Shown here: one piece after another, positions 1 to 10,200 of the stretch | Layout of the letters: the number at the start of each line of letters is the position of its first letter | How positions within the stretch are numbered: position 1 is the stretch's first letter | Source: a virus | DNA: 64,000 nt | Direction: 5' to 3' (one strand) | IMG/VR virus record: IMGVR_UViG_3300035145_001165 | Location: 16,458 to 80,457 of that record | Program-made: the position numbers and the translations under genes | The notes under the pieces: model-generated | Told to the model about the DNA's origin: nothing | Databases searched by the model: none | Seen by the model: the letters and a program-made list of their open reading frames with translations, nothing else

Positions 1-690
1 TATCCGCGCCCCAGCAGTACCAGGAGTACCAATACGAGACACACCAACAACGTATTCAGTGCCTCCGTTGTGAGTTCCATCTGGGGTCTCCGAGAATGCC
101 AGGGTGTAGTTGAAGAGAGACGCCGATGAACAATCAATGTTCAAGACGTGTCCTGGCATTATATAATTGATTTCAGGGTTCTGAAAAGACCCATTGATAT
201 AAAACTTAGGACCGTAAGATGTATTTGTTACAGTCAGGGTAACACCGTACTGTGTACCAGCACCAACGGTGTAGGGAATAACGTTACCGTAATCAAGGGG
301 TTTAATTTGCTGTGCGAGACTTTCGGTAGTATCTCCTTCAGCGACTAGGGATGCAGCAATATCATTTCTATTTTGCAGGGTAGATGTAGGAGGATTGTTT
401 GCCAGATCCTCCAGAACTTCCTCGGGGCAGAACTGCACACCACCTTGTTCCTGACCTGCAGGATCAATAGTGATCTCTCTATCCCAGATAGCACCAATAA
501 CCTCAGGGAAATCATCACTCTTCAAAATAGTGATGAAATTATCATCTTTGCTTGCAAAATCAAGCATCACTGTCTTGAGTCTACTCAAGTCGTGAACATT
601 CTGTAGTGAGGTAAAACGCTGTTTTGCTCTCTCGATTACAGCGTGTGCTTGATTTTCTTTAGAAATCCTTGCAATAATTCTATTGCTCAT
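1..690 (-). CDS. 5' part of a virion-associated protein running off the left edge; possible I9-like propeptide at the N-terminus
   Basis: Not in the ORF track. ATG at 690 opens a stop-free frame to position 1 (MSNRIIARISKENQ...FPEVIGAIWDREITIDP...LAFSETPDGTHNGGTEYVVGVSRIGTPGTAGA). The FSxTxDGTHxGGTEY motif recurs in cyanophage structural proteins. Confidence 0.7.
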   Translation of the reverse strand, partial: MSNRIIARISKENQAHAVIERAKQRFTSLQNVHDLSRLKTVMLDFASKDDNFITILKSDDFPEVIGAIWDREITIDPAGQEQGGVQFCPEEVLEDLANNPPTSTLQNRNDIAASLVAEGDTTESLAQQIKPLDYGNVIPYTVGAGTQYGVTLTVTNTSYGPKFYINGSFQNPEINYIMPGHVLNIDCSSASLFNYTLAFSETPDGTHNGGTEYVVGVSRIGTPGTAGARI

Positions 691-735
691 TACCCGAAAT
701 GAATACAGTACTTTCCCTGAAGGTTATTTATCAGA

Positions 736-1422
736 TTACAGTTCTGCTTTGCTTCGTATCAGGTACATATGTTCCTCGTCAACGAACTTCTGCAGTTGCC
801 ACGCTGACCCTCCGTGTTGCAAATCTTCCCGAGAAAATTTTTCCGATAATTCTCTATTCATAAGGCGATTTCTGCCAAATGCTTCACGGTCACTAATGTT
901 ACGGAACATCGACTGGTGCCACATCAGTGCAACATCTCTTACACCATCAGTAACTTCAGTAACTTTATGTCGCAACCCTGTAGGATAACTAAATGCCCAT
1001 CCAGCAGGTAACTTAACAGACAAAATTTCTGTACCAAGTTCTATCAGCAGTTCCCCACCTTCATAGTCATCAGGATTACTAAGAAAGATAGTTGTACTGA
1101 CATCAGAGCGAAGTTTTTCATCGCCTCCCATTAATGTCGCATCGCAATGCCAATCGTAATGATGTCCTGGCAGATAGCGTGCAAATATAGGTAACGTCTG
1201 TCTGACTGGTGTTGTGAAATTCATCACCACGTGGTTTTCTTCCCACGAAGGTTTGATGAGATCCCACGCATTATAAGAGTTAGGATAATCCATCTGAAGA
1301 TTACTCTTCAGATTTTTATCTGGGGATCCTGTGTCAGATCCATCTATCCAATCACAAAAATCATAAAAGTTACCGACGTGCTTTAGTTGTACTTCACTCA
1401 AAAGTTCATAACGATAAAGCAT
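736..1422 (-). CDS. PKHD-type (YbiX/PiuC-like) 2OG-Fe(II) oxygenase
   Basis: RY...YDWHCD, RSDVSTTIFLSNPDDYEGGEL and HKVTEVTDGVR give the HxD...H...R set. Confidence 0.9.
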   Translation of the reverse strand: MLYRYELLSEVQLKHVGNFYDFCDWIDGSDTGSPDKNLKSNLQMDYPNSYNAWDLIKPSWEENHVVMNFTTPVRQTLPIFARYLPGHHYDWHCDATLMGGDEKLRSDVSTTIFLSNPDDYEGGELLIELGTEILSVKLPAGWAFSYPTGLRHKVTEVTDGVRDVALMWHQSMFRNISDREAFGRNRLMNRELSEKFSREDLQHGGSAWQLQKFVDEEHMYLIRSKAEL

Positions 1423-1424
1423 AA

Positions 1425-2081
1425 TTATTCAGGTTTAGTTGGCCAACCAGTAAAGTTATCGGGGTTATAAGGATCTGCCTGTTGCCCAGGAAGATCTCTA
1501 AGTGCTTGACGATATGTTGCCCACTCTGTTTTCTTTTCAGCGGTGAGGGGCGAATCAGGAAGTTGTGTCCAATCACTATCAATCAGTTTTTGGTTCCTGA
1601 AAGATTTCAATGTTGCCAAATTAGCAGGAACATTTGTGTCACCAACAAATTGTGACTCAGCAACAATGTTTGCTGCTTGCTCTGCGGCATCATCTCTCCA
1701 CTGCTGGAAAGATTCTTCCAGTTTTGATTTCAGACCATTATAAACCTTGGTTGCTTCAATTGCAGCAGGACCACCATTGTTAGGAGTTCTATTGTAATTG
1801 TTAGGAATATCACCAGTCATATCTGTCTGCTCAGTGATGTAGTGAGCAGGGAAATCTAATCCATCTCCATCACTAAACGGTTTCCAGTAATAGAACCAGT
1901 CCAAGTTATCTACACCAGGAACGTGCCACGTACCAGTGATCAGAGGAAGAACCAGGGATTCCCACTCATCATTACTCAAGACAAACTGAAGAATTCCATT
2001 GCCTTCCAGCAAGAAACCTCCGACTTTCTTTTGTTGTACGGAAATTACAAGATCCGCTCTACTGAAATCTCGTGCTGCCAT
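1425..2081 (-). CDS. Tail fibre assembly chaperone domain protein
   Basis: C-terminal RNQKLIDSDWTQLPDSPL...EWATYRQALRDLP...WPTKP; lies downstream of fibre genes. Confidence 0.85.
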   Translation of the reverse strand: MAARDFSRADLVISVQQKKVGGFLLEGNGILQFVLSNDEWESLVLPLITGTWHVPGVDNLDWFYYWKPFSDGDGLDFPAHYITEQTDMTGDIPNNYNRTPNNGGPAAIEATKVYNGLKSKLEESFQQWRDDAAEQAANIVAESQFVGDTNVPANLATLKSFRNQKLIDSDWTQLPDSPLTAEKKTEWATYRQALRDLPGQQADPYNPDNFTGWPTKPE

Positions 2082-2082
2082 T

Positions 2083-2730
2083 TTAACTATTGAGAAGATA
2101 CCACCCAGTCAAGATATATTTATCGCCTTTAAGAACTAGGTTCCCTTTATGGACGTGAGTATATCCTGCTGGCCAAATAACAAGGGTTCCTTGGTTTGCT
2201 TTAATGCGACGCTTCTGGTGCAGAAACTCAGTTTCACCACCTTCATAATCATCATTCAAATAAATCGCCCACACCAGAACCCTAGAAGAATGATCTAGAC
2301 CCATCGCTTCATAATGAAACTGATGATAACCACCACCTTCAGGGGTGTGTTGCATCTTAATAGATGTACTGATCAGACCCTGACCACGAAGTTGACCATA
2401 CTCAAAAATATAATGTTCTAAAGCAGACTGAATATATTGATGTGCTATCTTAGTAAGTTCGTGGTTATTATGGTTCAGAAGAATCTGATTATCATTCCTA
2501 CCAAGAGAACCATTATGGAACTGAAATCTACCATCACCAACATTATCTTGAATGTCGGGAGAGTGTAAGGAATACTGATCCTTCAGTGTTCCCATCCAAT
2601 CAGTAAATTGCTTACATACAGCGGCTGGCATAAGTCCATCCCAGACGCCTATAAAATCTTTAAATTCAACATTAGTAATGTTTTCGTCCAACATCAGTTC
2701 GATGGGACGAATAGGGGGTACACCTTCCAT
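2083..2730 (-). CDS. 2OG-Fe(II) oxygenase (prolyl-4-hydroxylase-like)
   Basis: GGYHQFHYE, YLNDDYEGGETEF, WPAGYTHVHKG, KYILTGW. Confidence 0.9.
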   Translation of the reverse strand: MEGVPPIRPIELMLDENITNVEFKDFIGVWDGLMPAAVCKQFTDWMGTLKDQYSLHSPDIQDNVGDGRFQFHNGSLGRNDNQILLNHNNHELTKIAHQYIQSALEHYIFEYGQLRGQGLISTSIKMQHTPEGGGYHQFHYEAMGLDHSSRVLVWAIYLNDDYEGGETEFLHQKRRIKANQGTLVIWPAGYTHVHKGNLVLKGDKYILTGWYLLNS

Positions 2731-2736
2731 AATTAA

Positions 2737-5625
2737 TCAGGGATAAATCGACACTCCACATTCGTTGTAGTTTCCTTCGAGACCACCGTACTGTGCACGG
2801 AGTCCGAGTTCGTTACTAGCACCAACACCGATGCCATTAGCATCATTATATATCGCTTGGTCCAAATCCGCAAGTGTTGTAAAAGTAGAACCACCATTTG
2901 TTGTGTGCTGGTTGATAAATGCATTCATCCAACCATCAAATGCAGCAGCTTCAGGTTTTCTAGACAGAATAGTACCAAAACTGCTCAGAATTTGTGCGCC
3001 AATCTGACCATATGTGAACGTACTCACAGCAGTCGTACTAGCATACGAAGAGTTTGTACCAGTAACAAAGTATCTATTGCTACCACTATTGAACGGATTG
3101 TAAGTATATGGTGCAGCAGTACCATATCTCAGGTAACCAAAGACGGTATCACCATACCCTGCAGGAGTTGTACCTGTGCCAGCAGTACAGTTGACAGTAA
3201 CAGTAACTGTTCCGCTAGTACCCTGACCTGCAGGACCAGAAACAACCAGTTCGTAATCCTTACTACCGTCAGGCGGTGGACCCACACTGAAACTATCCGT
3301 TGTGGTGCCAGACAGTTGACTTGTGGTGAAACCAGTAGAAGACACCACTGTAGTGGCATCAGTGGAGCTCCAGGTCAATGTAGTTGTGCTGACAGGGTTA
3401 GCAGCGCCGCTACCAATCTCCATAACAGCAGGATTAGCAGTCAACGTTGCTGTAGGCAGTTGTGTGACTGTAACTGTAACAGTATCAGTTGTTGTACCTG
3501 CAGCGTTTGTTGCCGCAATAGTATATACTGTAGTGGCATCAGGCGAAGTTGTATAAGTGGTGCCAGTCAATGATGTCTGCGCATCCCATCCAGAATCTGC
3601 AGGACTAGAACTATATGTAATAGATGTAGCACCAGTAACAGTGATATCTAAGGTAGCACCAGGATCATCGTCAATGTTGATACTAAGGTTAGAAGAAGCA
3701 CTGGTATCAATTGTGGGAACTGCCAGAGGATTAACCGTCAGTTCAGCAGTTTCTGTAGTCGAACCATTAGCATTACTCAGTGTAACAGTATAAGTTGTAG
3801 TTGTTGTGGGACTAACATTAACAGACTGATATGCAGAACTGCTAGCACCAGGAATGTTAGATGATACAAACGTTGTAGCATCATAAGAACTGTAAGTAAC
3901 GTTAGCGGTCTCACCGAAGTCAATCGTACTCGGAGTAACACTCAGGTTGATTGTAGGTGCTGACGGAACAGTCACAGCAACGTCTTGCGTCACTGTAGTT
4001 GAACCATAAGCATTGCTCAACGTAAGCGAGTATGTCGTGGTCGCCGTGGGGGTAACGACAATGCTCTCCCCAGTTGGTACAGTAGCACCAAAATTACTAG
4101 CATCAACTGCAGTAGCACCAGGAGCACTATAAGTAATGGTGCTAGAGCTACCACTACTAATGCTGTCAGGAGAAGCAGAAATTGTGATAGAAGGTGCCGC
4201 AGCATACGTAACATTCGCATAACCAGTCTGTACCAGAACACTTTCATTATAGATTTGAATAGTATAACCAACAACTTCACCACCAACAGCAGACCCTTCC
4301 AGAGTCATTGATACTGTATCGCCAACAATGTAACCGCCTTTAGAGTTAGTTCCACTACCGCCGACGTTGATAGGTGATCCACTAACATTACCACCACTGG
4401 TTTTAGTTACCAGAATATCGAAATTATAAACAGCGTCACAACCTGCAATAGTGAAACTGGTAGACTGAGTTCCAGATGCAGTGGTAGTTGAGATGTTAAG
4501 AGGACCAAATGCATCTGGAACGTTGTCTCCAGTATCAGCAGGCGGTGGGGGAGCAGTGTATGCAGAACTACTAACTCCCAAGAAAATCATATATGCAGTT
4601 TCTTGGAATTCAGGTCGAATAGTAGGATCATTATCCAGACCCAGAGTAATACCTACCTCAAAAGAACATTGCGTTGCATCCGCTCCCTGCGGTTGCATAT
4701 ACGCTGACATTTGTGAGTGTGAAGGTCGAATGGTACAGGAACCATTGTTGATGCTAATGTTACCTTCATTCTGATTATTTGCCTGAACACAATAGGCATT
4801 ATACCAACTATTAAATCCGTATGCTGAAGAACTTGAACTAATATGACTGTTCTGACCTCTGTTTCCAATGGAATCTCCCCATCCTCTATGATAGGATACC
4901 GTTCCAGTAATACCCGACTTGAAAGAAAGCCAATGTGAGTGCTCCGCTCCAGCACCTGCCTGATCTGGCCAAGTATAAGAAGGACCACCTCTAGGATTGA
5001 TTTTAAAACCAGTGTCGCCGTTACCAGGGTTGGTTCTATCAATTCTTGTACTACCACCCTGACTTGTGGTACTTGTCGCGTTTCCGTGATCGTGAGTAGG
5101 TTGAGAATTAGCGGTGTGATTCGACAACGCACCACTATCGACTACAATATGTCCACCAGAAAGAGATACAGAAGACTGTGCTGTTCTACTAGTGTTGTAA
5201 GAGATATTAGGTGATCCGACAACCTGTACTCTAGGTGCAACATCAGGAAGTCTCAGAACATTTTGACCACCATATGATCCACACGTATCTGTGTCGCCGC
5301 TATCGTGATCTTCTAATTGAGGTGAAGATGCATCTTCAGGTCTAATTCTACCAGTTCCGATCGGTCTTCTATCACGCAGATCAGGAACATTAAAAGATCC
5401 AGTAATACTAGGGAACGAAGCTTCATCGCCAGCACTACCACCGTAAGTATTACCAATAATTTGATACAGAGCAAGAAACTCGTTAGGGTTCAGACTTCTG
5501 CCATTACATTCTTGCCATCCATCAGGAGCATAATAATTACCATTAGAATCTTTCGGCATCATCGCAATGGTGCCGACTTGGACTCCTGTCCACGCTGGAT
5601 TCGTCTCGGAATAATACTTAGACAT
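2737..5625 (-). CDS. Tail fibre with tail-collar domain and Ser/Thr-rich Ig/PKD-like repeats
   Basis: N-terminal collar motif PDGWQECNG...LYQIIGNTYGG...FNVPDLR; repeated PTxTTTYTxTxxNAxG units. Confidence 0.85.
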   Translation of the reverse strand: MSKYYSETNPAWTGVQVGTIAMMPKDSNGNYYAPDGWQECNGRSLNPNEFLALYQIIGNTYGGSAGDEASFPSITGSFNVPDLRDRRPIGTGRIRPEDASSPQLEDHDSGDTDTCGSYGGQNVLRLPDVAPRVQVVGSPNISYNTSRTAQSSVSLSGGHIVVDSGALSNHTANSQPTHDHGNATSTTSQGGSTRIDRTNPGNGDTGFKINPRGGPSYTWPDQAGAGAEHSHWLSFKSGITGTVSYHRGWGDSIGNRGQNSHISSSSSAYGFNSWYNAYCVQANNQNEGNISINNGSCTIRPSHSQMSAYMQPQGADATQCSFEVGITLGLDNDPTIRPEFQETAYMIFLGVSSSAYTAPPPPADTGDNVPDAFGPLNISTTTASGTQSTSFTIAGCDAVYNFDILVTKTSGGNVSGSPINVGGSGTNSKGGYIVGDTVSMTLEGSAVGGEVVGYTIQIYNESVLVQTGYANVTYAAAPSITISASPDSISSGSSSTITYSAPGATAVDASNFGATVPTGESIVVTPTATTTYSLTLSNAYGSTTVTQDVAVTVPSAPTINLSVTPSTIDFGETANVTYSSYDATTFVSSNIPGASSSAYQSVNVSPTTTTTYTVTLSNANGSTTETAELTVNPLAVPTIDTSASSNLSINIDDDPGATLDITVTGATSITYSSSPADSGWDAQTSLTGTTYTTSPDATTVYTIAATNAAGTTTDTVTVTVTQLPTATLTANPAVMEIGSGAANPVSTTTLTWSSTDATTVVSSTGFTTSQLSGTTTDSFSVGPPPDGSKDYELVVSGPAGQGTSGTVTVTVNCTAGTGTTPAGYGDTVFGYLRYGTAAPYTYNPFNSGSNRYFVTGTNSSYASTTAVSTFTYGQIGAQILSSFGTILSRKPEAAAFDGWMNAFINQHTTNGGSTFTTLADLDQAIYNDANGIGVGASNELGLRAQYGGLEGNYNECGVSIYP

Positions 5626-6512
5626 TAGAATTTGATGATATATTCTACGATCATATAGGGAGTTGTCACGTGATTTAAACTTTCTCTAGGATCTGCGTTG
5701 ACATTTCCTTGACAGGAACTACCAGCAAAACTAATCGTAACCTGCTGTCTAGTGAACTGCAGGTGCTGAGCGACACTTTGACCAGATACACTATGATTGT
5801 GATTAATAGTACCGCCATTGTGGGAGATACTAAAAGTTTGAACATTACAACCAGTCAAATTGATATCAGTGTTATCCTGCATATCAGTATCAACACTTTC
5901 AGGTCTAACATCACTTTCTTGCCAAGCAAAACCACCGTGATTATGACGAGCAACGTTCGCCGCTGATAAAGATGCAGAACTGAGACTAGTTCCAGTAGCA
6001 GTTAACTGCGGATTGCCAGAAATGTCAGCAGTCTTTGCTGCTCCAGTAACAGAACCATTAAATGTAGAATTCACAGTAGGTTGAATAGTTGCTCTATATC
6101 CAATACCTGCTCTCTCATATGTTCCGCCACCACTCATTGACATATTGCCAGTAAACTCTTGACCAGCAGTACCAGATGGAATAAGTACCTTTGCGCCTAA
6201 GTTAGGAACACAAAATGTACCTGAAACAAAATCTCCAGCAGCATCAAATGTTGGATTTAATAGATTAGAACCCAGTAAACCAGGATTAAATCTACACCCA
6301 GCAACAGAACCACCACCAGTAGGACCGACGCCAATAATTCTAGCAAGAGAAGGGTAATCTCTTGCTTGATATATTTTACCGTCGCACCTTAAGTATCCAC
6401 CAGGAACTCTCTCGTCTTTTTCCGCAGTTGATTGACATTCTCTAGAAAAAGGGACAATAACTCCTGGCGCAACTCCCTGCGCTCCTTTTACTCTAGAATA
6501 TACTTTTGCCAT
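5625..6512 (-). CDS. Tail-collar domain protein (short fibre-like)
   Basis: PGGYLRCDG...YPSLARIIG...FCVPNL; HNH motifs; PYMIVEYIIKF terminus. Confidence 0.85.
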   Translation of the reverse strand: MAKVYSRVKGAQGVAPGVIVPFSRECQSTAEKDERVPGGYLRCDGKIYQARDYPSLARIIGVGPTGGGSVAGCRFNPGLLGSNLLNPTFDAAGDFVSGTFCVPNLGAKVLIPSGTAGQEFTGNMSMSGGGTYERAGIGYRATIQPTVNSTFNGSVTGAAKTADISGNPQLTATGTSLSSASLSAANVARHNHGGFAWQESDVRPESVDTDMQDNTDINLTGCNVQTFSISHNGGTINHNHSVSGQSVAQHLQFTRQQVTISFAGSSCQGNVNADPRESLNHVTTPYMIVEYIIKF

Positions 6513-7294
6513 TAGTATGCTTTGATAATGTATATTGCAGTCTGGTACGGCGGAGTAAAATCCAAGGCAGCGTTACCTAAGCCTGGATTATTATTTAGGG
6601 AGATATTGTCACTTGTGTAAGACTCTTGATAGTTAGGAACTTGCATTCCTGCAGGATTTACATCATAACTAACTGAACTGTGCGAGTGTGCTCCACTAGG
6701 AACACTAAATCTATTGTTCTGATCATCATTAGGACAACCAACATAGTTAGTACTCTTCTGATGCATACCACGAGAAGTTTGGAATGTTTGGTCACCACCA
6801 GATTCAGCACTAGGAGTACCACCATACTGGTTAAGAATAGTATTAACGGTTTGGTTGTGACCGTGTGCTGGTATGTTCTCCAATGACATCACCCTAGGTT
6901 GAACATATGCAGTCTGAGACCACATATTACCAGAGTTCTGAACTTGAGAACTATTATAAGAAATAGTTTTATTTGGTTTGCCGTCTACATTCCACTGTGC
7001 ATACAAACCAACGTTATCAGTGTTGTTACCACCCTGACCAGTATATGTACTTCCTTTGTGGAAAGGTACTCTACCGTTGTTTAAATTAGGAACTTGAAAG
7101 TCACCAGATTGATCAGAACCACCATAGGTATAACCAATAACATCCTTTAGCAAAGGATAGTTTGCATTCTGATATGTACCACCATCACATTCCAACCATC
7201 CGTGGGGGATGTCGCCATTACCCCCAGTCCACGCCATAATTGTACCGATCGCGGCATTTTTAAAGCCGCGAACTTCTGCTAGATTCTTAGACAT
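6512..7294 (-). CDS. Tail-collar domain protein (short fibre-like)
   Basis: IGTIMAW...IPHGWLECDG...YPLLKDVIGYTYGG...FQVPNL; IPAHGH and GAHSH; PPYQTAIYIIKA. Confidence 0.9.
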   Translation of the reverse strand: MSKNLAEVRGFKNAAIGTIMAWTGGNGDIPHGWLECDGGTYQNANYPLLKDVIGYTYGGSDQSGDFQVPNLNNGRVPFHKGSTYTGQGGNNTDNVGLYAQWNVDGKPNKTISYNSSQVQNSGNMWSQTAYVQPRVMSLENIPAHGHNQTVNTILNQYGGTPSAESGGDQTFQTSRGMHQKSTNYVGCPNDDQNNRFSVPSGAHSHSSVSYDVNPAGMQVPNYQESYTSDNISLNNNPGLGNAALDFTPPYQTAIYIIKAY

Positions 7295-10200
7295 TAGAGT
7301 TCAATGAGACGCCAACCAATAACTGCGTTGATATAAAGGAGACCAATACCTGCTCCAGGTGTCTGGATAACCAGTGTGCCGTCGGTAGCACCCTGAACAG
7401 GAATAGCGGTACCTGTCTTAACGATAATCGACTTATTATATGTAAGTGCATCTGTCACGTCAAGGATACGAATCTGATCACCCTTCTGTGCAGAAGGCAG
7501 TGTCAGTTCAACACTTGCACCAGAGAATGTAGTGACATAGTAGTTGACGTTGACTGCCAGGTTAGTATTGGTGCTAACCTCATCCCAGCGGCGACCAGCA
7601 GTAGGTGTGAAGTAACCAGTGACCTGATTAAGATCAACGGTACCATCAGCATATACCTTAATGTTGTTATCACCACCATTGTTGATGTCAAGACCACCAC
7701 CGTTAGCAGTGATGTTTCCATCAACGTCAAGGTTGCCACCGATGTTAGTATTGCTGGCAACACCAAGACCACCGTCAATAACAACAGCACCCTCATCATT
7801 GTCATTAGACTGCGCAGTGCTGTGTACTCTGAGTGTACCAGAGTTATCGGCATCGTTACCAATAACTGTGTTACCTGTAGCAGAATCAACGGTGAACGTT
7901 GTGTCAGCATTGATGTCAGTCTTCTTAATAGTAAGGTCATCACCCAGTGTCAGTGCACCAGTGGAGTGCATTCTGGAGTTAGGATCAGTCTCTGTACCAT
8001 CGCCAACGAAATCAATCTGACCAGTAGGCACCATCTTAAGGCGCATATCGCTGTCATCGAAGACAGTGAATGCTTCTGTAGAACTGATCTCGATCTTGGT
8101 AGAACCGTTGACCCACAGTTTCTGCAGAGAATCAGGTGTTGCTTCACCAATGGACACATTGCTGTTGAGATCCATCTGGATACCGCCGTCGGCATCACCG
8201 ATACGAGCGGAACCATCTGCCTTAATAACCAGTGTTGCGGTAGAAGCATCATCAAAGTGATCGTTGCTCCAGACTGCATCACCAACCACAAGATTCTGAC
8301 CTTGCAGAGTGGCGTAGTTGTTAGCACGATTTACATCATCTTGCTTGATATCGATACGAAGGTTGTCCGCACTAGTATCACTGTCAAGGCGATACATCTT
8401 AGCGTTGCCGCCACGGATGAACAGGTCCTTAGTAACAGTCAGGTCACCAACCAGTTCGTGAGAACCGTTGCTAAGAGCAGTCAGAGTACCGTCGATAGTC
8501 AGGTTACCGTTAGACTGACCACCGCCAACAGATTCAACCTCACCAGATCCAGCAGCGCCTGCACGAACAGTAACATCGCCACCGACCCAGAGACCCACAG
8601 AAGCGACAACTTCTGTAGAATCACCAGTGTTGATCGAGACGCGACCAACACCGTTGCCATCGTCATCATAGACGCGGAAAGCGTGGATGCCAGTGGGGTT
8701 CAGGTTGTCGCCACCAACCCACAGGGAGTTGCGGAAGATACCAGAACCTTCAACGTCCAGAGTCTGCTGAGGAATCACGCTACCGTTAGTAACGCGAGTG
8801 TTCTTCAGGTTGACACCCAAGCGCATATCGCTGCCTGTAGCAATCGAAGTAGAACCAGCGCCAGTGGTGTAGGTGGTCAACGCATCAGCGCCGATAACAC
8901 CCCATTCTCTCCATCCGTAGGAAGGAGTCTCGCCTTGCTGGAAACCATCGATCTGACACCAGATCCAACCCATCGTGGTGTTGTAGTTGATGTTAGCGAT
9001 ACGGTGTGCTTCGCCAACAGTCTCAGTACCACGCAGTTCAATCGTACCCTCTTGCTTAAAGGATTCCGATGCAGGAACAGTCTTGTCCTTGGATGCCTTG
9101 ATAGAATAGGTAAGACCAGAGGAGACGTTTCTGGGGTTGAGTTCCCAAACAGCAAACTGAATTGTGTTGGGTTTGAAGGGAGGGTTGAAGACCATATCAG
9201 TCTCAACCAGTGCGGGGTCAACACTAGAAATACCAGTGTTAGCAACCGACTTGATTGTCAGTGAACCAGGGTCATCGCTACTGTTAGCAAACTGATCACC
9301 AACCTCAATGGTGACAGGTGTGGAGAAGAATGTACCGCCAGGTGCAGAGATCTGGAAGTCATTTTGCAGGTCAAACTTGACTTTGTTGTTAACAGTCAGA
9401 GTATCAACCGTGAGATCGTTGGTGTTCTCGTCTTCGTCAGCGTTCTCACCAGCAACTCTCAACACAGAGTCATCAATCTTCGTCTCTTCACCAGAGATAG
9501 CGTTGATACGCTGGTTACCCACGAACAGGTCACCGTTAGCGTTCAGACCAGAGTAGAAGACCACACCGCCGTCTTGACGCTTCGCCTGAGAGAACAGGAC
9601 TTCATCGTCAGAGAGCACATACTCCTGTCTAGAGGGGAATGCGGTGGAGTAGTTACCAGGACCGAAACCAGTGTATTCAAAGGTGTGGTTACCAGAACGT
9701 GCCTGCGACGGACGACGCAGTTCCATATAGACACGACGGTCAGCAACAGCACTGCTGGTGCCTTCGATACCAATCCGACGATCCTCACGAGAGGCAACTG
9801 CCTTGCCATCTTGTGCTTCCAGAGTAACTGTTGAGGATCTATCAAGGTTCGCGATCAGGTTTGTAACCGATTCCTTAGTGATGCTGTTCTTGTTATCGTC
9901 AGCGGTAACAAGACCGTGGACATAGTTGTCAGCAACAGAGATAGTTGCAGGAGCATCCTTGACGGTTGAACCATCACCGTCGGGGTCAAACCACAGCGGA
10001 TCATCAGCAAACAGTTCAGGATACAGTCTCTCGGTCGGGTGACCAAACTTAAAGCTGTTAAATTCAGTAACAGAAGGAGAGAAGTCACCACGCAGACAAG
10101 TCAGGTAATAGATACCATCCTGCTGGTTGTAGATTCTGCGGCGCAGAGTCTTGACACGATACACATAGTAGGTGTTTTCGACTTCCTCAACATCAGTGAC

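Noticed and set aside
2737-7294. Diversity-generating retroelement targeting the fibres
   Set aside because: No reverse transcriptase or template/variable repeat pair visible in this window.
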